IMG/VR virus record: IMGVR_UViG_3300038679_000379
Span: 1-34,317 of that record
Direction: 5' to 3' (one strand)
DNA: 34,317 bases
From: a virus
Lineage: Duplodnaviria > Caudoviricetes
Each line of letters begins with the position of its first letter. Within the stretch, counting starts at the first letter, position 1. Made by a program: the position numbers and the translations under genes. The notes beneath the pieces are model-generated. The model ran no database searches. It was not told the origin of the DNA and saw only the letters and a program-made list of their open reading frames with translations. Positions 1-8,138 of this stretch are shown here, one piece after another.

Positions 1-318
1 ATGCGGCGTCTACGCACCACGACGGGACAGCCCACGCGGGAGGACGTGTACCTGGCGCTGCTCGCCCGGCCGGCGAGCGTGCGCGAGCTGGCGGCGCGGC
101 TCGTGCCGGAGGTGTGCGACGGGCGCGCGGCGGCCGTCGCCGTGTTCCGGCACGTGCGGGCGCTGCGGCGGGCGGGCCGCGTGGTGTGCAACCGCGTGCT
201 CGAGCCGGGCGCGCGGATCGAGTGGCGCGCCGTCCGGCGGACGGCGGCGCTCGAGCGGCACGCGACGGACCGGGCGCTGGCGGGGCTGCGCGCCGCGCTC
301 GAGGAGCTGAGCTGGTGA
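1..318 (+). CDS. putative winged-helix DNA-binding protein
   Basis: ASVRELAARL...AVFRHVRALRRAGRVV helix-turn-helix/wing pattern; high-GC codon usage. Confidence 0.55.
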   Translation: MRRLRTTTGQPTREDVYLALLARPASVRELAARLVPEVCDGRAAAVAVFRHVRALRRAGRVVCNRVLEPGARIEWRAVRRTAALERHATDRALAGLRAALEELSW

Positions 319-593
319 GGGCGGTCCTCCAGGCGCTGCGCGTCGTTGCGGACGGCGAGTGCCGGCCGGTCCTGGTGGCCGACGTGCTGACGGAGCTGCG
401 CCGCGTGGGGCAGGGCCCGACGAACGAGCTGTCGACGTTCGTGGCGCTGGAAGACCTGGCGCGGGACGGCCTGGCCTGGCGCTACACGGACCCCGAGGGC
501 CGGGCGGTGTACTGGCCGGACCCGGTGCTGACGGAGTTCGGCGAGGACGAGGTGACGGAGCCGGACCGGCAGCGGCCGGACCTGGCGCACTGA
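315..593 (+). CDS. hypothetical protein, possible wHTH
   Basis: GTGA overlap with the upstream stop; C-terminal part of ORF 114..593; VADVLTEL...FVALEDLARDGLAWRY. Confidence 0.6.
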   Translation: MRAVLQALRVVADGECRPVLVADVLTELRRVGQGPTNELSTFVALEDLARDGLAWRYTDPEGRAVYWPDPVLTEFGEDEVTEPDRQRPDLAH

Positions 594-617
594 GATGCCA
601 CGAGGGGGAGCCGGGCC

Positions 618-782
618 ATGGTGTGGTCCGGCGCTGACGGCCGGGGCCAGACCTACCCGGTGCGTCTCCTAGCTTCATCGGCGCAGGCCCAGGACGGGGG
701 TGGCGCCGACGGTCGAGCCGCTGCGACCGGCAATGGCGAGCAGCGGAGGCCGGGCGTGCGAGCGTCCGGGGGCGGCAGGTGA
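618..782 (+). CDS. small hypothetical protein (54 aa, MVWSGADGRGQTYPVRLL...)
   Basis: ATG at 618 after GAGGGGGAG; TGA 780-782; fills the gap between neighbours; below the ORF-track cutoff. Confidence 0.3.
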   Translation: MVWSGADGRGQTYPVRLLASSAQAQDGGGADGRAAATGNGEQRRPGVRASGGGR

Positions 783-814
783 AGGCAGGTCGGACCGCCC
801 ACTTGGAGGTTGCG

Positions 815-1036
815 ATGCTGGGCTTCGTGAAGGGACTCGGGCGGCGGGCGCTGTACGTGGCGGGCGGGCCGTTGCGGTGGGTGGGGTACCACATCGGGGT
901 CGGTGCGACCTTCGGGAAGATGGTCGCACTCTACGTTCCGGGGACGGACGATCCGGACGAGCAGTCCAAGGTGCTCGGAGACGCTGAGAGGTCTAGTCGA
1001 TGCGTCGCTCGATCTCACGGTCGACCGCGGATCTGA
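815..1036 (+). CDS. hypothetical protein (MLGFVKGLGRRALYV...)
   Basis: GGAGG at 805-809 before ATG 815; 3' end overlaps the minus-strand gene by 44 nt. Confidence 0.5.
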   Translation: MLGFVKGLGRRALYVAGGPLRWVGYHIGVGATFGKMVALYVPGTDDPDEQSKVLGDAERSSRCVARSHGRPRI

Positions 1037-1196
1037 TGTTCCTGATGAAGTCCCGGGCCTTGTCGACGGAGACGTTGTCGGTTCCCGAGTAGGTGTGGCG
1101 GAAGGCCGCCGCCACACACGTGAGCGTGTGCCGGTCCATCATGCGTTCGAGACGGCTGGTGAGCACGTCGAGAAGTTCCTGGTCGCGTTCGGTCAT
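993..1196 (-). CDS. small antisense accessory (moron-like) protein, 67 aa
   Basis: Strong SD GAAGGAGGGAGACC-ATG on the minus strand; less GC-biased codons; helical charged sequence. Confidence 0.65.
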   Translation of the reverse strand: MTERDQELLDVLTSRLERMMDRHTLTCVAAAFRHTYSGTDNVSVDKARDFIRNIRSAVDREIERRID

Positions 1197-1202
1197 GGTC
1201 TC

Positions 1203-1257
1203 CCTCCTTCGTGTTGCGTTGCGGAACTGGGCGGTACGCAGCGTAGCACGAAGGGGG
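1203..1257 (+). promoter_or_regulatory. long hairpin overlapping a minus-strand extended -10 (TGCTACGCT, 1248-1240)
   Basis: 1206-1223 CCTTCGTGTTGCGTTGCG pairs with 1237-1254 CGCAGCGTAGCACGAAGG (18 bp, 3 G-U), extendable by 3 bp. Confidence 0.55.
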
Positions 1258-1288
1258 AGGCCCTTCCTTTCTAATGGATGGTGCGGTG

Positions 1289-1855
1289 ATGGCGCAGCGG
1301 CGTCGGCGGGACATCGAGGAGCGTGACCTGCGGCCGGAGGACTGGCGGCAGCTCGCGCGGGAGTACTCCGCGCTGCCGAAGCGGCTGCGGGCGGAGTTCC
1401 TGTCCGAGGTGCAGCGGCGCACGGGGCTGTCGCGGGCGACGATGCACCGGCGGTTCGCGGGGCGGTTCCCCTGGGCGAAGGTGGGGCGCAAGCCCGTGAC
1501 GACGGCCGAGCAGCGTCAGATCGTGCTGGCCGCGCTGGAGCGGTTCCACGGTCGCATCTCTCCGATCGAGCTGTGGGCCGACAAGCTCGGGTCGCCGGTC
1601 ACGCCGTCGCTGGCGACCGTCCGGCGGATCTGCCGCGAGTGGCGCGAGGGCCAGTACGCGCGGCGGCAGGTGGCGGACGTGAAGACGCTGGTCTCGACCA
1701 TCCTGGCGCCCACGGCGCAGGTGCCGCTGCCGCTCGGGCCGGACCGCCCGACCATGTTCGCCGCGGCGGCGTCGCGGTCCGTGGACCCCGAGGCGCAGCA
1801 GGCGATGGACGCTCTCACCCGCGCGGTCGAAGCGCGGACGGGGGGCAGCCGATGA
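1289..1855 (+). CDS. putative HTH DNA-binding protein (alternative start 1274)
   Basis: Two HTH-like segments: VQRRTGLSRATMHRRF and TPSLATVRRICREW. Confidence 0.6.
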   Translation: MAQRRRRDIEERDLRPEDWRQLAREYSALPKRLRAEFLSEVQRRTGLSRATMHRRFAGRFPWAKVGRKPVTTAEQRQIVLAALERFHGRISPIELWADKLGSPVTPSLATVRRICREWREGQYARRQVADVKTLVSTILAPTAQVPLPLGPDRPTMFAAAASRSVDPEAQQAMDALTRAVEARTGGSR

Positions 1856-2241
1856 AGGCCGCGCTGCGCACGCCGCTCACGCCCGTCCCGCACGTCTGCC
1901 TCGGTCACGTCTGCTGGGCGATCGCCCGCGAGGACGCGCCGCACCTGCGCACCGTGCTGGTCGCCAGCGGCCGGGACGCGACGCTCGACCAGGTGCGCAT
2001 CGCCAAGGAGCGGCTGCGCTCGGCGCTGCCGGCGCCCGGTGACTGCGAGGCGTTCTGCGGCGACGTGGACCTGAGCTTGCCGCTGTGGCCGGACGGGCTG
2101 CCGCTCCACGAGCTGCTTCGCGCCGTCGTCGAGACGGAGGCGTGGCCGACGCTGGCCGGCGGCGGCCTGCACACGTCCTGGTGGAAGGCACAGCAGATCG
2201 TGCGTGGGCTCGACGCCTGGCTGGTGGGGGTCCTCGGATGA
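1852..2241 (+). CDS. hypothetical protein
   Basis: ATGA overlaps at both ends (MKAALRTPL...). Confidence 0.65.
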   Translation: MKAALRTPLTPVPHVCLGHVCWAIAREDAPHLRTVLVASGRDATLDQVRIAKERLRSALPAPGDCEAFCGDVDLSLPLWPDGLPLHELLRAVVETEAWPTLAGGGLHTSWWKAQQIVRGLDAWLVGVLG

Positions 2242-2735
2242 CGACGCGACGGCCGGACGAACGGCAGATGGATCTGCTCGGGCTGCTCGAGCAGCTCGGG
2301 CGGGAGGCGCCGGCGCGGGAGCCCGGCTCGATGAACGTCGACACCGCGCTGCGCGGGGCGCTGTCGGAGGCCATCCGGCAGTTCCGCGGCGACCGCTACG
2401 AGGTGGCGTCGGGGATGAGCCGGGTGCTGGGCCTCGAGGTCACCAAGAGCCAGCTCGACGCCTGGACCGCCGACAGCAAGGAGCACTCGCATCGCTTTCC
2501 CGCGGCGTACCTGCCGGCGTTCTGCCAGGTCGTCGGCTCGTGGCGGCCGCTCGCGATCCTCGCGGAGGTGGGCGGCAAGCGGGTGCACTCCGATCCGGAC
2601 GTCGACATCGCGGCGCAGATGGCGCAGCTCGAGGTGGACATCCACCGCGAGGAGCAGGCCCTGACGCGCAAGCGGGCGCTGCTTAAGCAGGCGCGCAGCA
2701 CGTGGGTCGACCGGCGTACGGGAGGGAAGCCGTGA
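2238..2735 (+). CDS. phage regulatory protein, CII-like family of Mu-like phages
   Basis: RYEVASGMSRVLG...TKSQLDAWTADSKE...RFPAAYLPAFC motif with C-terminal coiled coil; located upstream of the transposase. Confidence 0.65.
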   Translation: MTTRRPDERQMDLLGLLEQLGREAPAREPGSMNVDTALRGALSEAIRQFRGDRYEVASGMSRVLGLEVTKSQLDAWTADSKEHSHRFPAAYLPAFCQVVGSWRPLAILAEVGGKRVHSDPDVDIAAQMAQLEVDIHREEQALTRKRALLKQARSTWVDRRTGGKP

Positions 2736-3061
2736 CGGTGCTGACGTGGATCGCGCTCGGCGTCTCGGCCGTGTCGTGGCTCTTCACGACGCGCCTGGTC
2801 TCCGTGTTGGCGTGGAAGGTCGCCCGGATGGAGCTGGCGGTGTCCGAGCTGAAGCGCGCGGCCGGCGTGGTGTCCCTGCCGGGGCTGGCCGTGCGGCTGA
2901 GTGCCGGGGAGCGGCAGGCGAACGCGGCGCGGGCGGAGGAGCGCCGGGAGGCGCTGCGCGAGCGGCGGCAGCAGCGGATGGCTGACCTGGTGCGACAGCG
3001 GTTGTCGCAGGCGGTCACGTTGACGGGGACCGCGCCGCGCGACGGCGAGGTGCAGCAGTAG
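2732..3061 (+). CDS. hypothetical membrane-anchored coiled-coil protein
   Basis: GTGA overlap after GGAGGG; N-terminal hydrophobic helix LTWIALGVSAVSWLF. Confidence 0.6.
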   Translation: MTVLTWIALGVSAVSWLFTTRLVSVLAWKVARMELAVSELKRAAGVVSLPGLAVRLSAGERQANAARAEERREALRERRQQRMADLVRQRLSQAVTLTGTAPRDGEVQQ

Positions 3062-3095
3062 ACCACCGGACGTCCTGCGGGGCGGAGGTTGACCG

Positions 3096-5129
3096 ATGGC
3101 GCTGGCGCTCGTGCCCGACCGAGAGGTGTCGCTGCCGGCCGTGGTGGACGCCACGACGCTGGCCGCTGCACTCGGGCTGGCGGACGGGCGCACCGTGCGG
3201 ATGCGGGCGACCGCGGAGCGATGGCGGTCGACGACAGAGCGCTGCAGCACCGGACACCGGCGCATCTTCTTCGTTGAGTCCCTGCCGGCGGACGTGTTCG
3301 CGGCGCTGCTGCGGCACGTGTCGCGCAGCGCCCCGGCACCCGAGCCCACGCCGGCGCCGCCGGTGGAGCTGGCCCTGGTCCGGGACGTCGACCGGGAGAC
3401 GGCGGTGCGGCGCTCGCTGGCGCTCGACGCCTGGCACGCCTGGTCGAAGGCGTACCGCGCGAAGTACTCGTCGGTGCGGCAGGCGCAGGACGCCTGGTGC
3501 GCGGAGTACTCGGCGGAGCACCCCGAGACGGCGCTCTCCCGCGCGACGCTCGTGCGCTGGCGGGCCGCGTACCAGGCGCACGGGATCGAGGGGCTGGTAC
3601 CGGGCTACCGCGAGCGCGGCCGGGCGGCCGAGTGGCCGGCGGCGGCGCGGCTGTACCTGCGGACCTGCTGGCTGCGGCCGACGCGGCCGGGGATGTCGCT
3701 GGCGATCCGCGAGCTGCGCGCGAAGGCGCAGAAGGAGAGCTGGGCGCTCCCGTCCGACCAGACCATGCGGCGGTTCCTGCAGTCGATCCCGCGCTACCAG
3801 GTGGCGAAGGGGCGCGAGGGCGAGGCGGCCGCGCGGGCGTGCCTGCCGTACCTCGAGCGGCGGTACGACGACCTGAACGTCAATGACGTGTGGGTGGCCG
3901 ACCACGAGGTGTTCGACTGCTGGGTGCTGTGGCCGAACGGCGAGATCGCCCGGCCGTGGGCGACGGCGTTCCAGGACATGGCCTCGCGGCGGATCGTCGG
4001 GCGCTGCGTCACGGCGATGCCGTGCTCCGAGACGATCATCGTGGCGTTCACGCGGGGCTGCCGCGCGCACGGCGTCCCGGTGCACGGCTACTTCGACAAC
4101 GGCCCGGACTTCTCCAGCCGCGAGCTGGCCGGCAACATCCCGCGCTTCCGCGTCACGAAGACCGAAGACGAGATGCTGGGGCTGTACCGGCTGCTGGGGG
4201 TCGAGGGGCACTTCGCGATCCCGGGCAACCCGGGGGCGAAGCCGGTGGAGCGGTTCTTCGGGACGCAGCGGCAGACGTTCGAGAAGGGGCTGCTGCGCGG
4301 CTACACCGGGCGGAATCCGCTCGAGCGGCCCGACAGCACGGAGGCGGCGCGCAAGCGCGGCGACGTGCTGACGCTGGGCGAGTTCGAGGTGCTGTTCGAT
4401 CGCTGGGTGGAGGAGGTCTACCACCAGGCCCCGCACCGCGGCCACGGGATGAACCGCCGCTCTCCGAACCAGGTGTGGAACGCGAAGCTGCCGGAGGCCC
4501 AGATCCGCGTCGCGGCGCCGCCGACGCTGGCCCTGCTGATGACGCGGTCCAAGACCGTGAAGGTCGGGCCGAACGGGGTGACGGTCGAGAAGCGGCACTT
4601 CTGGAGCGAGCAGCTCGCGGCGGCGGTGCGGAAGGCGGACCTCGGGAAGCAGGTCGTGGTGCGGTACGACCGCGAGGACCTGAGCGAGGTGCAGGTGTTC
4701 GACCTGGCGGGCCGGTGGATCGCGCCGGCGCAGGTGGTCGAGCGGGTGGGCTTCCTCGACGACCAGGCGCCCGAGGCGATCGGCCGCAAGAAGAAGTTCG
4801 TCCGTGGGCTGCACGCGGGCGACCTGGACGCGCAGAAGGAGGTCGCCCGGGGGCTCGACCAGGGCGAGATGATCCTGACCCACATCGGGCCCGTGGTGGC
4901 GGCGGAGCGGCCGCAGGTGCTGACGCCGCTGCGGACGGTGGTCGACCAGGCGGCGCGCGAGCTGGCGAAGGCCGGCGAGGTGAAGCGGGTCGAGAAGGTG
5001 CGCAAGGCGGAGGCGCTGGCGGCGGCCGAGGCGAAGCTGGCGGCGCTGTCGGAGCGAGAGGCGGTGACGCCCGCTGCCGCGGCAGCCGAGGCGTGGCGGT
5101 CACTCCGCCGGGTGATGGGCGTCGAATAG
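3096..5129 (+). CDS. MuA-like DDE transposase
   Basis: N-terminal Mu-type DNA-binding region; HTH SRATLVRW; catalytic VWVADHE / YFDNGPDF / KPVERFF; C-terminal VVVRYDREDLSEVQVF; GGAGG SD. Confidence 0.95.
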   Translation: MALALVPDREVSLPAVVDATTLAAALGLADGRTVRMRATAERWRSTTERCSTGHRRIFFVESLPADVFAALLRHVSRSAPAPEPTPAPPVELALVRDVDRETAVRRSLALDAWHAWSKAYRAKYSSVRQAQDAWCAEYSAEHPETALSRATLVRWRAAYQAHGIEGLVPGYRERGRAAEWPAAARLYLRTCWLRPTRPGMSLAIRELRAKAQKESWALPSDQTMRRFLQSIPRYQVAKGREGEAAARACLPYLERRYDDLNVNDVWVADHEVFDCWVLWPNGEIARPWATAFQDMASRRIVGRCVTAMPCSETIIVAFTRGCRAHGVPVHGYFDNGPDFSSRELAGNIPRFRVTKTEDEMLGLYRLLGVEGHFAIPGNPGAKPVERFFGTQRQTFEKGLLRGYTGRNPLERPDSTEAARKRGDVLTLGEFEVLFDRWVEEVYHQAPHRGHGMNRRSPNQVWNAKLPEAQIRVAAPPTLALLMTRSKTVKVGPNGVTVEKRHFWSEQLAAAVRKADLGKQVVVRYDREDLSEVQVFDLAGRWIAPAQVVERVGFLDDQAPEAIGRKKKFVRGLHAGDLDAQKEVARGLDQGEMILTHIGPVVAAERPQVLTPLRTVVDQAARELAKAGEVKRVEKVRKAEALAAAEAKLAALSEREAVTPAAAAAEAWRSLRRVMGVE

Positions 5130-5164
5130 TCTCAATCCCCTCACGCGGGGAAGGGTGCGGAGGG
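5129..5164 (-). repeat. solitary CRISPR-repeat-like unit
   Basis: Minus strand reads CCCTCCGCACCCTTCCCCGCGTGAGGGGATTGAGAC: CCCC/GGGG hairpin followed by an 8-nt ATTGAGAC handle; only one copy seen. Confidence 0.5.
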
Positions 5165-5189
5165 GGCTGCGGACACAGCCCCGCTCCGC
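5157..5189. terminator. GC-rich hairpin between MuA and MuB
   Basis: GCGGAG-GGGGCTG / CAGCCCC-(G)-CTCCGC, 13 bp with one bulge, loop CGGACA; no poly-U tail. Confidence 0.5.
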
Positions 5190-5211
5190 GAGCACAACGC
5201 ACGAGACGGAA

Positions 5212-5240
5212 AGGGTATCGCGGCATGGCACTGGTGGCAA
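5212..5240 (-). promoter_or_regulatory. antisense sigma70-like promoter TTGCCA-N17-TACCCT
   Basis: -35 at 5240-5235 (inside the first MuB codons), -10 at 5217-5212, 17-nt spacer. Confidence 0.5.
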
Positions 5241-6199
5241 GGGACGTCAACCGGGAGGAGGCGGGAACGCCCGCCGAGCAGGTGCGACAGGACCTGCGCG
5301 CCTACATGGAGCGCGCGCACCTGTCGCAGGGCGCGGTGGCACGGCGCCTGGAGATGGCGCCGGGTCGTCTGAGCGAGTGGCTGAGCGGCAAGTACGGCGG
5401 CGACAACGACAAGGTGGCGGAGCTGGTGGAGCGCTTCCTGGCCGCGACCCAGGCACGGCCGGAGCCGGCCGTGTCGCTGCCCGCCCGGGAGTTCGTGGCG
5501 ACCGAGGCGTCCGCCAACGTGATCGGGGCGGTGACGTACGCGCGCCTGGTGCGGGGCATGGCGATCGTCTGGGGTGACCCGGGCGTCGGCAAGACGATGG
5601 CGCTCGAGCAGTACCGCGAGACGCACCCGGGCGAGGTGGTGTGGGTGACGGGCGCGCCGCACCACCGGCAGGCGTCGGCGCTGCTGGACGACCTGATCGT
5701 CGCGGCCGGTCTGCCGGCGCCGGGCAACGGCGCCGGGATGCGGGCGCAGTTCGCGACGCTGGTCGCGGCGCTGGCCGGCGAGGCGGAGCGCCTGGTGGTC
5801 ATCATCGACGAGGCGCAGCACCTGAGCCTCGGCGCGCTGGAAGAGCTGCGGACGCTGTACGACGCGACGCGGGTGCCGATCGTGCTGGCCGGAAACGACG
5901 TCGTGTACGGGCGGCTGCACGGCCGGGGTCAGCTCGGCTGGGCGCAGCTCTTCTCGCGCATGGCGCTCCAGTGCCGCGTGCCGCGGGAGATCCCCGAGAA
6001 GGACGTTCGGGCGATCGCGGTCGGGGTCGACGAGCTGGGCGTCGCGTTCCTGACGAAGCTGGCGCTCGGCGGCGGGTCGCTGCGGGCGGTGACGAACTGC
6101 CTGCGGATCGCGCGGCTGATCGCCGCGGACGGCGGGCGGCAGCAGCCGAACCTGAAGGACTGGCAGGGGGCGGCGGCGCTGCTCATGCCGGGCGCGTAA
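5225..6199 (+). CDS. MuB-like AAA+ ATPase (transposition protein B)
   Basis: N-terminal HTH (LSQGAVARRLEMAPGRLSEWLSGKYGGD), Walker A GDPGVGKT, Walker B VVIIDEAQHL; follows MuA. Confidence 0.95.
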   Translation: MALVARDVNREEAGTPAEQVRQDLRAYMERAHLSQGAVARRLEMAPGRLSEWLSGKYGGDNDKVAELVERFLAATQARPEPAVSLPAREFVATEASANVIGAVTYARLVRGMAIVWGDPGVGKTMALEQYRETHPGEVVWVTGAPHHRQASALLDDLIVAAGLPAPGNGAGMRAQFATLVAALAGEAERLVVIIDEAQHLSLGALEELRTLYDATRVPIVLAGNDVVYGRLHGRGQLGWAQLFSRMALQCRVPREIPEKDVRAIAVGVDELGVAFLTKLALGGGSLRAVTNCLRIARLIAADGGRQQPNLKDWQGAAALLMPGA

Positions 6200-6207
6200 G
6201 TCGGCCA

Positions 6208-6234
6208 TCGAACAACGATTGAACGCGCTGAACG
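6208..6234 (+). repeat. three (T/C)(T/C)GAAC direct repeats upstream of gam
   Basis: GAAC at 6210, 6221, 6230; CGATTGAACGC at 6216-6226 recurs at 22453-22463. Confidence 0.45.
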
Positions 6235-6255
6235 GGGCGCGAAGGGGGGTCGGAA

Positions 6256-6765
6256 ATGGTGGCGGCGAGCAATCAGGTCCCGGTCATGGCGGAGATCCGG
6301 ACGTGGGACGATGTCGACCAGGCGCTCAAGGACATGGGGGACGACGACGTCCGCATCGCGTCGCTGAAGGCGGAGCTGCGGGCGATCGTGAACGAGGCGA
6401 AGGAGGAGCTGACGCCCAGGGTGAAGGCGCTCGTCAGCAGTCGCCTGGCGAGGTTCAAGGCGATCCGCGAGTTCGTGACCGCGCACCGCAAGGATCTGGG
6501 GGGCCGGAAGACCCGCGAGCTGACGTTCGGCTCCGTCGGCTGGCGGAAGAAGTCCGGCGTGGTCATCCGGCGGGTCGACGGCACGCTCGCCAAGCTGAAG
6601 GAACTCAAGCTCGACGCGGCGATCCGGACGACCGAGAAGATCCTCAAGACCGTGCTGGAGGGCTACGACGACGAGACCCTGGGCCAGCTCGGCGTGACCC
6701 GCAAGAAGGGCGACGAGTTCTTCGCGAAGCCGAAGGTCGAGGGCGTTCAGGGCGCGGAGGGCTGA
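6256..6765 (+). CDS. gam: Mu Gam-like host-nuclease inhibitor
   Basis: IRTWDDVDQAL...KTRELTFGSVGWRKK...IRTTEKILK...GVTRKKGDEFF; position after MuB. Confidence 0.9.
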   Translation: MVAASNQVPVMAEIRTWDDVDQALKDMGDDDVRIASLKAELRAIVNEAKEELTPRVKALVSSRLARFKAIREFVTAHRKDLGGRKTRELTFGSVGWRKKSGVVIRRVDGTLAKLKELKLDAAIRTTEKILKTVLEGYDDETLGQLGVTRKKGDEFFAKPKVEGVQGAEG

Positions 6766-6766
6766 C

Positions 6767-7102
6767 ATGGTGGCAGCGACGAGAATCGCAGAGCGGCCGC
6801 TGAACGCGCGAAGCCAGGCTCTCGCCGAAGCGCTCGACCAGTTGTCGCTCTCCGGCCCGAGCGCCTCGCGGGTCCGGTTCGATCTGAAGCAGGCGTGGCG
6901 GCGGCTGTACGAGGGCAACCAGGAGGGTGCGTACGCCATGCTCCTGCGGACGGTGGCCGACGCCAACGAAGTGGCCGGGCGCGTGGAGCGGGCGGTCGCG
7001 GCGCTGGAGCGTGTGTTGCCGCCGGAGACGGTGAAGCGGCTCAAGGGCGGTCAGCGTGGCGACGAGGTGGCGCAGCTTCGCGACGCGCAGGACGGGAGGT
7101 AG
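6767..7102 (+). CDS. hypothetical helical protein
   Basis: GGAGGG SD; tightly packed after gam. Confidence 0.6.
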   Translation: MVAATRIAERPLNARSQALAEALDQLSLSGPSASRVRFDLKQAWRRLYEGNQEGAYAMLLRTVADANEVAGRVERAVAALERVLPPETVKRLKGGQRGDEVAQLRDAQDGR

Positions 7103-7105
7103 CCG

Positions 7106-7342
7106 ATGCCGTGCCGACAGTTCGTGACGCCGGACGGGCACGTGGGGTGGGCGTGCGGCGGGCCGCGCCAGCCGGAGACGCTGTGCGACTGGCCGCTGAC
7201 GGGGGCGAAGGCCGGGAAGACCTGCGACCGCGAGGCGCCGCACCACATCGGGCCGAACACGGACCTGTGCGGGGCGCACTTCCGGCTGTGGGAACGGACC
7301 GGCTGGCCGGGCAAGGAGACGGCGGCGGGGGCGCGGCGCTGA
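7106..7342 (+). CDS. small Cys/His-rich (putative Zn-binding) protein
   Basis: GGGAGG SD; CDWP...KTCD...DLCGAH. Confidence 0.7.
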   Translation: MPCRQFVTPDGHVGWACGGPRQPETLCDWPLTGAKAGKTCDREAPHHIGPNTDLCGAHFRLWERTGWPGKETAAGARR

Positions 7343-7539
7343 TGGTCTGCTGCCTCCACCACTACCCTTACCTCGACCTCGAGGAGCTGCGTCGGCTCAG
7401 CCTGCTGCTGCTGCGCGCGCTCGTCGAGGCCGCGACGGCCGCCTGGACAGCGCGGCGGCGTCGCGGTGCGCGGGCGGTCAGAACGCGGCCGCCCGACTCG
7501 GTACTGGCGCGCGAGCGCGGCCCGCCGCGAGCCGGCTGA
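7342..7539 (+). CDS. small hypothetical protein (MVCCLHHYPY...RGPPRAG)
   Basis: TGATG overlap with the upstream stop. Confidence 0.45.
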   Translation: MVCCLHHYPYLDLEELRRLSLLLLRALVEAATAAWTARRRRGARAVRTRPPDSVLARERGPPRAG

Positions 7540-7559
7540 CATCGCCTGTCGCCCAGGCC

Positions 7560-7590
7560 GGCCCCTCTGCGCGCTGCGGAGGGGCCTTCT
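7560..7590 (+). terminator. possible intrinsic terminator hairpin
   Basis: GGCCCCTCTGC / GCGGAGGGGCC 11-bp stem (one G-U), then TTCT. Confidence 0.45.
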
Positions 7591-7638
7591 GGGGAGCCCA
7601 TGACCGCCCGGTCGTGGGCTCCGCAGAGGGAGGCGCGG

Positions 7639-7863
7639 ATGGGACGGTTCAGGCTCCGCAACCTGGAAGTGGTAGCCCGGCCGGTGCGCGACGACGAGCA
7701 CGTCGTCCGCGTCACGGCGGGGCGGTCGATTCCCCGGTCGGGTGACTGGCTGGTGGAGTTCCAGGGGCGGCGCGAGCTGGCCGCTGGTGACGCCTTTCTG
7801 TTCTTCGCGCAGCCGTTGGACGAGACGGCGCGCGCGCTGCTGGAGCGGGAGCTGCGGACATGA
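7639..7863 (+). CDS. hypothetical protein
   Basis: GGGAGG SD before ATG 7639; ATGA overlap with the next gene. Confidence 0.6.
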   Translation: MGRFRLRNLEVVARPVRDDEHVVRVTAGRSIPRSGDWLVEFQGRRELAAGDAFLFFAQPLDETARALLERELRT

Positions 7864-8138
7864 CGCACGAGGAGAGGCTGGAGAGCTGCTACCGGCAGGC
7901 CCTGGACGAGGGCGCGGAGCGGGGCACGGCGATGGCGATCCGCAGTGGGACCTGCGCCGCGTGTGGGCATGACGCCCTGTTCGGGGTGCGGCTCTGCCGT
8001 GACTGCGGCGCGGCGGGCGGGACGGTGCACTGCGGCTGCGGGATGACCCGCTGGCTGCGCTCGAGCTCCGGCGAGTGGACGCGGAAGCGGGGCCAGCGCG
8101 AGGCGATGCGGTGCCCGCTGCGGGGGCACGCGCGATGA
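7860..8138 (+). CDS. putative zinc-finger protein
   Basis: CAAC, CRDC, HCGC and CPLRGH motifs. Confidence 0.6.
   Translation: MTHEERLESCYRQALDEGAERGTAMAIRSGTCAACGHDALFGVRLCRDCGAAGGTVHCGCGMTRWLRSSSGEWTRKRGQREAMRCPLRGHAR

Noticed and set aside
3890-5224. 769-aa ORF suggesting a long MuB or a MuA-MuB fusion
   Set aside because: The upstream part is R/G/A-rich off-frame read-through of the MuA gene; the MuB-like sequence begins at ATG 5225
5129-5224. CRISPR array or mini-array
   Set aside because: Only one repeat-like copy is visible, with no second repeat or cas genes in the window; reported as a solitary unit instead
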